Shown: piece by piece, positions 24,584 through 32,000 of the stretch
How positions within the stretch are numbered: the first letter of the stretch is position 1
Layout of the letters: the number at the start of each line of letters is the position of its first letter
DNA from: Eggerthellaceae bacterium
Lineage (GTDB): Bacteria > Actinomycetota > Coriobacteriia > Coriobacteriales > Eggerthellaceae
Length of the DNA stretch: 32,000 bases
NCBI GenBank assembly: GCA_050951005.1
Contig: JBMNIP010000001.1
Coordinates: 96,102 to 128,101 of the forward strand
Reading direction: 5' to 3'
Translations under genes and position numbers: made by a program
The notes under the pieces: generated by a model
What the model saw: only the letters and a program-made list of their open reading frames with translations
What the model was told of the DNA's origin: nothing
Database searches by the model: none

Positions 24584-24957
24584 GTGGGGAGCTCGCTTTC
24601 TGTTGGCCGGTCTGTTTGCGGAGGCTCTGTCGAACGCCCGAGATGCGACTGCTGCGGGCTGCGGTCGCCAGCATGACGAGAATAGCATGCTGCCCGAAGC
24701 CGCCGCCGGGATCTCCGAGGCTTGAAATGCATGCAATACCGTATTGTACGCGATGTGCGCTTCGCTTCCGAATGCCCCCTGAAACCCCCGTTGCACAGGG
24801 CATCGGCGGGAAAAATCGCTATCATGAAGGAAACGCAGCAATGCACAGGCCCAACGGGGCACCTCGAGTGCGTTAACCCGCCTGCATCGGCAACGGAAAT
24901 GCTGCAAGCTATTGTTGCCCGGATGGCGCAATGCAATCCAGAGGGGGGGAGCGGAAC

Positions 24958-26157
24958 ATGAATATCGATGATAGTCGGTATGTCGCATCGGGAGACGATA
25001 TGCGCCCCGACGCCTCCGGCCCGCCAAATGGGTTCGATTTGGATGCAGAAACCATTGACAGGACGGCCGATGCCCTGCGCGCGGCGTATGGCTTCGGTTT
25101 CGTGGGCGTTTCGGTGGTGTCCGGTGTCGAATCAAAAGTATTCAGATGGGATTTCGGCAGTGGTAGCCCGACCGGCAACTACCGGATGATTCGCCTCCCT
25201 GCAGGAGTCGGTGCCTTGGGAAAAGCCTACGAGCTGGGCTGTTGCCTGATTGCGGAAAACATTGCCGATGACATCCCGGAGACAGAGCGGTTTCAATATC
25301 CCATTGTAGCGGTCGAGGCGTTGAAGAGCTTCTTCACGTTCCCGCTGTATCGGGGCGATGATATCGTGCTGGTTTTGATCTGTGCATCTCGCTTCGTTCG
25401 CTATTTCGACGATGCGTTTGTGGGGGAGGTTCAGCAAAGGGCCGCCCAGCTGTTCGGTTTGGAGACCTCGCATCGCCCTATCATGCGTATTCATGGCAAG
25501 CAGAAGGGCTTTGCCTATGGCGAATTGCCACAGCGCATCCTGAATGCGCAGGAAGATGAGCGAAAACGTATTGCCAGAGAGCTGCATGACGGCCTTTCCC
25601 AGGAAGTGCTGGTCGCGCAGATGGGCCTGCGTCAGATGAAGTATCTTCCTAGCGAGCAGTGGCCGGATCAGGTCGAGGTTGTCAGCAGCCAGTTGCGCGA
25701 TGTCATATCCCACATCGGGGCAATGGCGAAATCATTGCGCCCTGCCAGTCTCGATGAGCTTGGTTTGGCGGTTGCCGCCCGAGAGCTCTGCCGTTCATGC
25801 GAATCGGCATTCGGCATCCCCATCGTTTGCTCCATTGAGGACAATCTTGCCATGGATGAGGCCAAAGAGCTGGTGGCGTATCGCGTTCTGCAGGAATCCT
25901 TGACGAATGCATGCAAGTATGCCGAGCCGACACGCATCGACGTGATAATGTCTAAGCAGGAGGGCGTGTTCCATCTTGCGGTTTGCGATAACGGAAAGGG
26001 GTTCGACACCGAGCGACCCGCTATCAAAGGGGGAGGTCTCGGACTGGAGGGTATGCGCGAACGGGCGTCTCTGATCGGCGCCGATTTTTTACTTACTTCG
26101 CAACTGGGGAAAGGCACCTGCGTGACCTTGAATGTGAAGTGCGGCGATGCCCGATGA
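24958..26157 (+). CDS. Soluble sensor histidine kinase: N-terminal GAF-like domain + HisKA_3 + HATPase_c (NarX/NreB-type transmitter)
   Basis: There are no TM segments. The GAF-like region is LGKAYELGCCLIAENI...FTFPLYRGDDIVLVLICASR. The H-box is EDERKRIARELHDGLSQ, and the ATPase motifs are LQESLTNACKYA, VCDNGKGFD, GGLGLEGMRERASLIGA. GGGGGGGAG RBS precedes ATG 24958. Confidence 0.88.
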   Translation: MNIDDSRYVASGDDMRPDASGPPNGFDLDAETIDRTADALRAAYGFGFVGVSVVSGVESKVFRWDFGSGSPTGNYRMIRLPAGVGALGKAYELGCCLIAENIADDIPETERFQYPIVAVEALKSFFTFPLYRGDDIVLVLICASRFVRYFDDAFVGEVQQRAAQLFGLETSHRPIMRIHGKQKGFAYGELPQRILNAQEDERKRIARELHDGLSQEVLVAQMGLRQMKYLPSEQWPDQVEVVSSQLRDVISHIGAMAKSLRPASLDELGLAVAARELCRSCESAFGIPIVCSIEDNLAMDEAKELVAYRVLQESLTNACKYAEPTRIDVIMSKQEGVFHLAVCDNGKGFDTERPAIKGGGLGLEGMRERASLIGADFLLTSQLGKGTCVTLNVKCGDAR

Positions 26158-26783
26158 TATCGATTCTCCTGGCAGACGACCATGCCATCGTGCGCAAGGG
26201 ATTCAAGATGATTCTGGAGCAGCAGCGCGATTTCGCCGTAGTGGGTGAAGCCGCTACGGTTCAAGAGGCAATGGACAAGTCAAGTGCACTGGTGCCAGAC
26301 GTTCTGGTGACCGATGTTTCTATGGACGCCGAGAAAAGCGGGCTCCTGCTTGTCGAGCGCATCCATCATGCCGGTTTGAGTACGCAAGTTGTGGTGCTGA
26401 CCATGCACGAGGAACGGGAGTACCTGTATCAAGCACTCGAACTGGGTGCGCTCGGGTATGTTCTGAAGAGCTCGTCCGACGATGAGCTGGTGAAAGCCAT
26501 TCGCCATGCTGCAGCGGGTGAGTTCTTCGTCTGCGAAAACATGACCGGTGCGCTGGTCAACCGAGCAATTGGCGGAACGCAGGAAACGGGGCTGACGCCA
26601 CGTGAAACAGAGATCGTCACCCTGTCCGTGAAGGGCCATTCGAACCAGGACATTGCCGATGCCCTTTCCATCTCGCCGAAAACGGTTGAGGGCCAAAAGA
26701 CCCGCATCATGCAGAAGCTCGGGCTGGCATCGAAGCCGGAGTTATTCGACTACGCGGCTACGCACGGGCTCCTGCATCTCTAG
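26154..26783 (+). CDS. NarL/FixJ-family response regulator (REC + LuxR-type HTH)
   Basis: MISILLADDHAIVRKGF...PDVLVTDVSMDAEKSG (phospho-acceptor Asp context)...LTPRETEIVTLSVKGHSNQDIADALSISPKTVEGQKTRIMQKLG. The start overlaps the kinase stop (ATGA at 26154..26157). Confidence 0.92.
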   Translation: MISILLADDHAIVRKGFKMILEQQRDFAVVGEAATVQEAMDKSSALVPDVLVTDVSMDAEKSGLLLVERIHHAGLSTQVVVLTMHEEREYLYQALELGALGYVLKSSSDDELVKAIRHAAAGEFFVCENMTGALVNRAIGGTQETGLTPRETEIVTLSVKGHSNQDIADALSISPKTVEGQKTRIMQKLGLASKPELFDYAATHGLLHL

Positions 26784-26884
26784 ACGGCAAGTGGCTTCTC
26801 GTTGCAGGCTAACGGCATCTGAGTTGTAAAGAGCAAGGAGCCTTCCTGCTCTGTGCCGTTTTTCCGGACAGCTCACCGAGAGGA

Positions 26885-26935
26885 GGGAATCTCCCCTACG
26901 GGGATAGGGGGATTCCCCGTTGTGCGCCGTACAAT
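26885..26935 (+). promoter_or_regulatory. G/C-run inverted-repeat cluster plus -10 TACAAT upstream of the reductase operon (candidate response-regulator operator and promoter)
   Basis: GGGAATCTCCCC (26885..26896) and GGGGGATTCCCC (26907..26918) are near-complementary. Nested within are CCCCTA-N6-TAGGGG and TCCCC-TAC-GGGGA. TACAAT lies at 26930..26935, with the repeat occupying the -35 position. Confidence 0.4.
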
Positions 26936-27005
26936 TGCCTCGTATCCTGGACGCAGTTGATTTTTCCGTTTGGAAATCATCTTATTGGGGACAGAGGAGA
27001 CAGGT

Positions 27006-29601
27006 ATGGCGAAATCCATTACGCGAAGGGGATTCGTGTCCATGGGAGCGGCAGTCGGTGCCGCTGCCGCCTTGGCGGGCACGTCTTCCTTCAACATTCC
27101 CGCCGCTCAAGCCCTGCAGGAGTCGACGGCTCCCGAGGGCGAATGGGTGCGTACCACCTGCGCGCCGAACTGCACTGGTTCATGTGGAATGAAGGCATTC
27201 GTGCAGGATGGTCAGATCAAGACTATCAAGCAGGCGGCAGACTATCCGTACGAAGGTTACAATCCGCGTGGATGCTTGAAAGGGCTTTCCATTAACACGC
27301 TCATCCATGGGCCGGACCGTATGACGGCGCCGATGGTCCGCAACGAGGATACGGGCGAGATGGAGGAGACCGACTGGGAGACCGCGCTTTCCACTGCCGC
27401 AGATAAGCTCAATGCGGTAGCGAAGAAATACGGTCCGGAATCCATCGGCGTCATCTGGCAGGTACAGGGTACCGGCCATGTTCAGAAGGGCTCGTTGGTG
27501 CGTCTGACCAACATGATGGGCTGGTCGGCTATCGGCGGATACGAGCTCAACGGCGACCTGCCCATGCTCTGGCCCGAGACTTTCGGTTGCCAGAGTGAGG
27601 AGTTGGAATCGTATTGTTGGGAGGATTCCCGCTATACGTTGATTTTCGGATCGAACCCCCATGGTCACGCGTCTTCCCGATTCCAAGTTCCTGAACAAAT
27701 CGCGCGAGAAGGGCGGTAAGGTCGTCTGCTTCGATCCCAACTATTCGGCGACGGCTGAGAAAGCTACCGAATGGGTGCGTTTGAAGCCCGATACCGATGC
27801 GGCATTCGTGCTGGGTATGTGCAAATACCTGGTGGACAACAAGCTCTACGATGCCAAGTTCATGAAGAACTACACCGACATGCCGATTCTGATTAATCCG
27901 AAGACCGGCAAACGCATCCTTGCCGATGAGGTCGAAGGGCTGACGGCGCCCTCTGGCCTTCCCGAATACCGCGCAAGCTACGTTGCCTACGACGAGGACA
28001 GCGACAGTCTGGTTGCTACCAACCCGAACAAAATCGGAAATACGCCGGGCTATGCCTTGACGGGTACTCGGAAGGTAACCCTGAAAAAGGGCGGTACGGT
28101 TGAGGCCCGTACGGGCTTCGATCTGCTGTGCGACGAATTGAAGGAATATTCGCCCGAGAAGGCCGCCAAGATCTGCGACGTGTCTGCCGATACCATCGAG
28201 CGCATCGCCAAGGAGTGCTCTTCGACAAAGCCGATGCACATCATCGTGGGCGGTTCTGCCATCCAATGGCATCACGGCGATCTGAAGGGCCGCTGCTGTG
28301 CCCTGCTGGCCTCGCTTACCGGTAACATCGGCCAGCTCGGCGGCGGTATCTCTACCTACGTCGGCCAATACAAGACCCGCTTCAACACGGCTTCATGGTT
28401 CGTTCCGCCACGCGTGAAAAAGAACTCGATGCCGTTCCACTATGCGGTGAACGGCCCCACGAAGACCATGAGCGCCCCATATCCGAAATCAGGGATGAAA
28501 GCGCTGGTCGTAGGCTGGGGCAATCCCTTCGAACAGCACAATGTTGCCAACTGGCTTCGTCAGGCCAAGGAATCCGGCGACTTGGAGTGCGTCATCTGCT
28601 TCGACTTCCAACATACCAAGACGGTCGATTACAGCGATGTCGCCTTCGCGGCGGCAAGCTGGTATGAGAAAACCGAGTTGGTCATCACCCCTCTGCATCC
28701 CTGGGTCCAGATCATGCAGCCGATGGTTGATCCCCCTGGAATCGCCCAGCCGGAGATCTGGATCTGCAAGGAGCTGGCCCGCCACCTGGATCCGTCGCTT
28801 GCGGATATGTGGCCTGAATTCGACCAGGACGGAGCAGAAAAGGCTGCCGAGGACGTATTGGCCATGTTGTTGAAGAACGGTGGGCCCACCATCGACCATC
28901 TGACCGTGAAGGACTTGAAGAAAGGCCCTGGCAAGCTGAGGCATGCCAACCCCGGCGAGAAGCACATCCCATTCTACGAGCAGATTCATGACGGCGAGCC
29001 TTTCCCAACCGTTTCCCGTCCTAATGACCTTGAGGTCACTGCCGGTTTCGTGAAAAGCGGCCGCATCGAGTTCTACAAGGACGAGGACATGTTCCTGAAG
29101 ATGAAGGAGCAGCTGCCTGTGTACAAGCCCGCCTTCGAGGAAACCGAATGGGCAGCCGATCCCGAAGCGAAAGACAAATATCCGTTCTCATACCTGACGC
29201 GCAATAGCGCCTACCGCGTGCATGCAACTTATTCGAACAACCCGATGATGATCGAGTTGCAGGACAGGACGCCGAAGGTCTTCATGAACCCCGATGATGC
29301 GGCGGCCAAAGGGCTCGAACAAGGCGATGTGGTCGAGGTGTTCAATAGCCGCGGGCAGATTAACGGTGCGTTGATCTGCGATCCCGGTATGTATCCCGGA
29401 CAGGTTATCTTCGACCAGGGCTGGTGGAGCCGCTATACCGGCGGCGAGAGCTATAACTCGCTCATTTGGCCGTGGATCAACCCGATTCATGAGATTTACT
29501 ACGTGTCAAGCGTATGGTCTCCGAATATGGCGTGGAACGAATGCGTCTGCGACGTACGCCTGCTGGAAAAGGGCGCGGCGAAGGATAAGGTGACATCATG
29601 A
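27006..29601 (+). pseudogene. Tat-dependent molybdopterin (bis-MGD) oxidoreductase catalytic subunit, DMSO-reductase family, interrupted by a +1-nt frameshift in a C5 run
   Basis: Two ORFs (27006..27719 and 27661..29601, in different frames) together encode about 864 aa. The first carries the Tat signal MAKSITRRGFVSMGAAVGAAAALAG and the FeS motif CAPNCTGSC...(29 aa)...C. Its sequence ...YTLIFGSNP continues as MVTRLPDSKFLNKSREKGGKVVCFDPNYSATAEKATEWVRLKPDTDAAF only if one C of 27656..27660 is skipped. GGAGGAGACAGGT precedes ATG 27006. Confidence 0.8.
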
Positions 29602-30284
29602 GATATGGAATGGTTGTAGACCTGAATCGGTGCATCGGCTGCCGGACGTGTGCCGTAGTCTGCAAAACCCACAATGCCGAACCGGAAGGAATCTGGTGGA
29701 ACCGCGTATTCGCCTCCGGTTCTCCCAGCTACGGTACCTCGGTGATTGTCGATGGCCAGCCGCGAATGGAATTCCTGCCAGTGAGCTGCCAGCATTGTGA
29801 GGATGCTCCCTGCGAAACCGCATGTCCCACAAAGGCTACCTATACCGACGAGGAAACGGGGACGGTGCTGATCGATTATGAGCGCTGCATCGGTTGCCGG
29901 TTCTGCATGAGTGCCTGCCCCTATGGTGTACGCCAGTTCAACTGGAGCAAGCCCAAGTATCCCGAAGCAACCGACGGGGGCGAATACCACTATGGGTATC
30001 CGCAGGAATACCGTTCAGACGGCCATCTGGTCTATACCCCGACCCGCCCCGAGGGAGTGGTGGAGAAGTGCACGTTCTGTGCGCAATACACAAGCCAGGG
30101 GATCGAGCCTGCCTGTTGCAGTGCTTGCCCGGCAAACGCGCGTATCTTCGGTGATTTGGACGACCCAGATTCCGAGATTTCGAAGTATCTCAAGGACCAC
30201 GAGACGTTTACGCTCGGGCAGGAATACAACACGCATCCGCGCGTGTTCTATGTCCCCTCGAAGCACGGCACGGAAGGAGCATAG
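29598..30284 (+). CDS. 4Fe-4S ferredoxin-type electron-transfer subunit (DmsB/PsrB/NrfC-like)
   Basis: There are four Cys clusters: CIGCRTCAVVC, CQHCEDAPCETACP, CIGCRFCMSACP, CTFCAQY...CCSACP. The start overlaps the catalytic-subunit stop (ATGA). Confidence 0.92.
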   Translation: MRYGMVVDLNRCIGCRTCAVVCKTHNAEPEGIWWNRVFASGSPSYGTSVIVDGQPRMEFLPVSCQHCEDAPCETACPTKATYTDEETGTVLIDYERCIGCRFCMSACPYGVRQFNWSKPKYPEATDGGEYHYGYPQEYRSDGHLVYTPTRPEGVVEKCTFCAQYTSQGIEPACCSACPANARIFGDLDDPDSEISKYLKDHETFTLGQEYNTHPRVFYVPSKHGTEGA

Positions 30285-30286
30285 GA

Positions 30287-31483
30287 ATGGGTGCTCAAAC
30301 GGCGCGCTCCGATAAAACGAAGCGCAACCTGCTTATTGCGGGCATTGCCTGCCTGGTTGTGGGCTTTGTCGCCTGGGCGATGATCCTCACTCAAGGCATG
30401 CTGGGAAACACCGGCTTGAATAACGGCTTCGTTTGGGGCTTGTTCATCGGCGTCTTCGCCTTCTTTGTCGGCTTTGGCGCCGGCTCCCAGCTGGTGTATT
30501 CGTATATCGTCCTGTCCGGCCGCAAGGAGCTGGCTCCGCTGGCGAAGGCGGCCATCGCCTTGACGCTGGGTTGCGGAGCCGCAGCGGGCGTTGCCATCAT
30601 GATCGACCTTGGCAATCTCGGGCATATCATGGCTATGCTCATTGGAACCAACATGGCTTCGCCTTTGGCCTGGGATATGTATGCGCTTTCCGCATTTCTG
30701 CTGGTTGCCCTCCTGGAGTACATCTCCATCGTTGCCGACTGGGGTGCGACCAAAGTGCTGGCAGGCATCGGCGTGGTGACTGCTATAGCCCTGCAGATTA
30801 TCGAAGGGCTGTTGTTCTCGCTGCAATCTGCTCATGCTTGGTGGGCGACGCCTATCATGCCAATCGATTTTCTGATGGTGGCATTCGTGTCCGGCTTCGC
30901 GTTGATCCTGCTGGTTGCTTGGGCGAAAGGCGTTGACGAGGCATTGCCGCGCTTGGGGAAGCTGCTGGCAGTATTCATTGCGATACACCTGGTGCTGGCG
31001 CTTTGCGAATTCGGCATGCTCTTCATTGAAGGTACGGCCGCAGCGGGTGCAATCCTGCAGGTACTCGGCTCCCTGTGGTGGCTTTACGGTGCCGAGCTGG
31101 TGCTGCCGTTGGTTGCAGCTATCTTGCTCTTCAGGGCAGGGAAGGACGTCACGCGCAAGACCGCGATCATCGCTTCCGCAATCACCATCGTGGGCCTGTT
31201 CGCACATCGCCTGATGCTGCTGTTCCCCGCGTATAATACCCCGTCGCTGTGGACAGGCATCTCCAATATGGATTCCGCCACATGGGGCTATCCGATTTCA
31301 ACAGGCATGTATGCAAACGGCGGCAATACCTTTGCCGTCACAGCGGGCTATGTTCCGGCTCCCATGGAATGGCTCGGTATCCTGTTGCCTCTGGGATGTG
31401 CGCTGATGATATTCGTCATTCTCTGGGCGATTGCCGACAAGGTGGCGGAGAAGAAAGGGCAGGCGAGCGAAATTGCCAACTAG
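30287..31483 (+). CDS. NrfD/PsrC-family polytopic membrane anchor (quinol-interacting) subunit
   Basis: The 398-aa product has about 10 TM segments. The N-terminal region VWGLFIGVFAFFVGFGAGSQL is typical of NrfD/PsrC. The start is 2 nt after the upstream stop, with GGAAGGAG RBS. Confidence 0.88.
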   Translation: MGAQTARSDKTKRNLLIAGIACLVVGFVAWAMILTQGMLGNTGLNNGFVWGLFIGVFAFFVGFGAGSQLVYSYIVLSGRKELAPLAKAAIALTLGCGAAAGVAIMIDLGNLGHIMAMLIGTNMASPLAWDMYALSAFLLVALLEYISIVADWGATKVLAGIGVVTAIALQIIEGLLFSLQSAHAWWATPIMPIDFLMVAFVSGFALILLVAWAKGVDEALPRLGKLLAVFIAIHLVLALCEFGMLFIEGTAAAGAILQVLGSLWWLYGAELVLPLVAAILLFRAGKDVTRKTAIIASAITIVGLFAHRLMLLFPAYNTPSLWTGISNMDSATWGYPISTGMYANGGNTFAVTAGYVPAPMEWLGILLPLGCALMIFVILWAIADKVAEKKGQASEIAN

Positions 31484-31509
31484 CTGCGCTATCTGTGTAA
31501 GTTAGAGAA

Positions 31510-31538
31510 GGGGCCGGCAGTCGATGGTTGCCGGCCCC
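31510..31538. terminator. GC-rich hairpin between convergent genes (possible bidirectional terminator)
   Basis: A perfect 10-bp stem GGGGCCGGCA/TGCCGGCCCC has a 9-nt loop. There is no strong U-tract on either strand. Confidence 0.45.
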
Positions 31539-31551
31539 TGCGCTATGCCGG

Positions 31552-32000
31552 TCAGGCGTGCGCGGCTCTTCCTTCGCTGACTGCCGATCGAGGCGACCTC
31601 GCGTTCATGGCACGGTATACCGGTTCCACGGTGCAGTCGATCAGGTTGCGCAGTGATACCTGGTGGGTGACGGAGATTGCGTGGAACATGCAGATGTCTG
31701 CGCAAAGATTGCAGCCCACGCAGTCTGTTGCCATGAAGTCGAGTCCTTTTCCAGCCTCGTCATCTGCCCGGTACAGAGCGCCGGTAGGGCAGAAAACCGC
31801 GCACATTTCGCAGCCCGTGCATAACTCGGCGTCAATGGAAACGTGGCCCCACAGCCGCAGATCGGTGATGCCTTCACGCGGTTTTCCAAGGGTATCCAGG
31901 TAGGAGAGCAACCGGTCGTTGCATGCCTTGCTTCGCTGTACCATGGTGCCGCCCACGGGGATGCGCAGCTTGTCAATCAGGCTCTCTTCCGTTTCCTGCT
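31552..32000 (-). CDS. 4Fe-4S dicluster domain protein, 5' end beyond the window
   Basis: Cys clusters are CTGCEMCAVFCP and CVGCNLCADICMF. The frame stays open through base 32000 (...ETEESLIDKLRIPVGGTMVQ...), so the ORF-track Met at 31956 is probably internal. Confidence 0.7.
   Translation of the reverse strand, partial: QETEESLIDKLRIPVGGTMVQRSKACNDRLLSYLDTLGKPREGITDLRLWGHVSIDAELCTGCEMCAVFCPTGALYRADDEAGKGLDFMATDCVGCNLCADICMFHAISVTHQVSLRNLIDCTVEPVYRAMNARSPRSAVSEGRAAHA

Noticed and set aside
24722-24961. 79-aa plus-strand ORF (internal Met gives 45 aa, Cys-containing) whose TGA overlaps the histidine-kinase ATG (ATGA)
   Set aside because: The coupling-like overlap is suggestive. However, third-position GC is only moderate by my hand count, I recognise no motif, the RBS is weak, and it spans the palindromic operator-like region. 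It is worth checking by Ribo-seq but is not supportable as a gene.
26970-27005. Upstream start (MEIILLGTEETG...) for the molybdopterin subunit
   Set aside because: ATG 27006 is preceded by GGAGGAGA and yields a textbook Tat signal beginning MAKSITRRGF. The 12 extra residues are unnecessary.
1-32000. CRISPR arrays, IS elements, integrases, prophage or known defence-system genes
   Set aside because: I saw no regularly spaced direct repeats, no transposase, integrase or recombinase-like translation in any frame of the ORF track, and no nuclease, helicase or methylase gene clusters.

Overview
This is a high-GC chromosomal segment. Its gene content suggests an actinobacterial, Coriobacteriia/Eggerthellaceae-like organism, but that assignment is inference only. 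I can support about 30 protein-coding genes, 2 tRNAs (Phe-GAA, Arg-ACG), and several intrinsic terminators and promoter-like sites.

Gene order:
- pntA (5' partial) and pntB, a LysR regulator, tRNA-Phe, an NSS/SNF sodium symporter, purE, an isochorismatase-family hydrolase, and 5-formyl-THF cyclo-ligase (minus strand).
- A minus-strand pair: a PRC-barrel/MgtE_N/CBS protein followed by an NRAMP-related (NRMT-type) transporter. A long structured leader and tRNA-Arg lie upstream of the pair.
- A Hanks Ser/Thr kinase with a polytopic C-terminus, pdxK plus a small membrane protein (minus strand), and serS.
- A plus-strand envelope-type cluster: disordered membrane protein, small protein resembling the cyanophycin-synthetase N-domain, degenerate Ddl-like ATP-grasp protein, YtxH, PRC-barrel protein, TVP38/DedA-like protein.
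- A TM2-domain protein and a class I aldolase.
- A visibly lower-GC single-gene insert encoding a secreted CAP/SCP protein with Ig-like and MBG-like repeats.
- A YgbA-like gene (minus strand), then a soluble GAF histidine kinase, a NarL-type response regulator, and a Tat-dependent DMSO-reductase-family operon (catalytic subunit, 4Fe-4S subunit, NrfD anchor). The catalytic gene is interrupted by a one-base frameshift in a C5 run.
- A partial ferredoxin gene at the right edge.

I saw no CRISPR array, transposase, integrase, phage gene or recognisable defence system. Most long ORFs antisense to these genes are high-GC artefacts.

Best follow-up candidates:
- The split MgtE-sensor/NRMT pair and its unclassified leader.
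- The CphA-N-like plus pseudo-Ddl pair.
- The frameshifted orphan molybdopterin reductase with its GAF two-component system.

All homology statements come from reading the translations and recalling family motifs. No database search was run.
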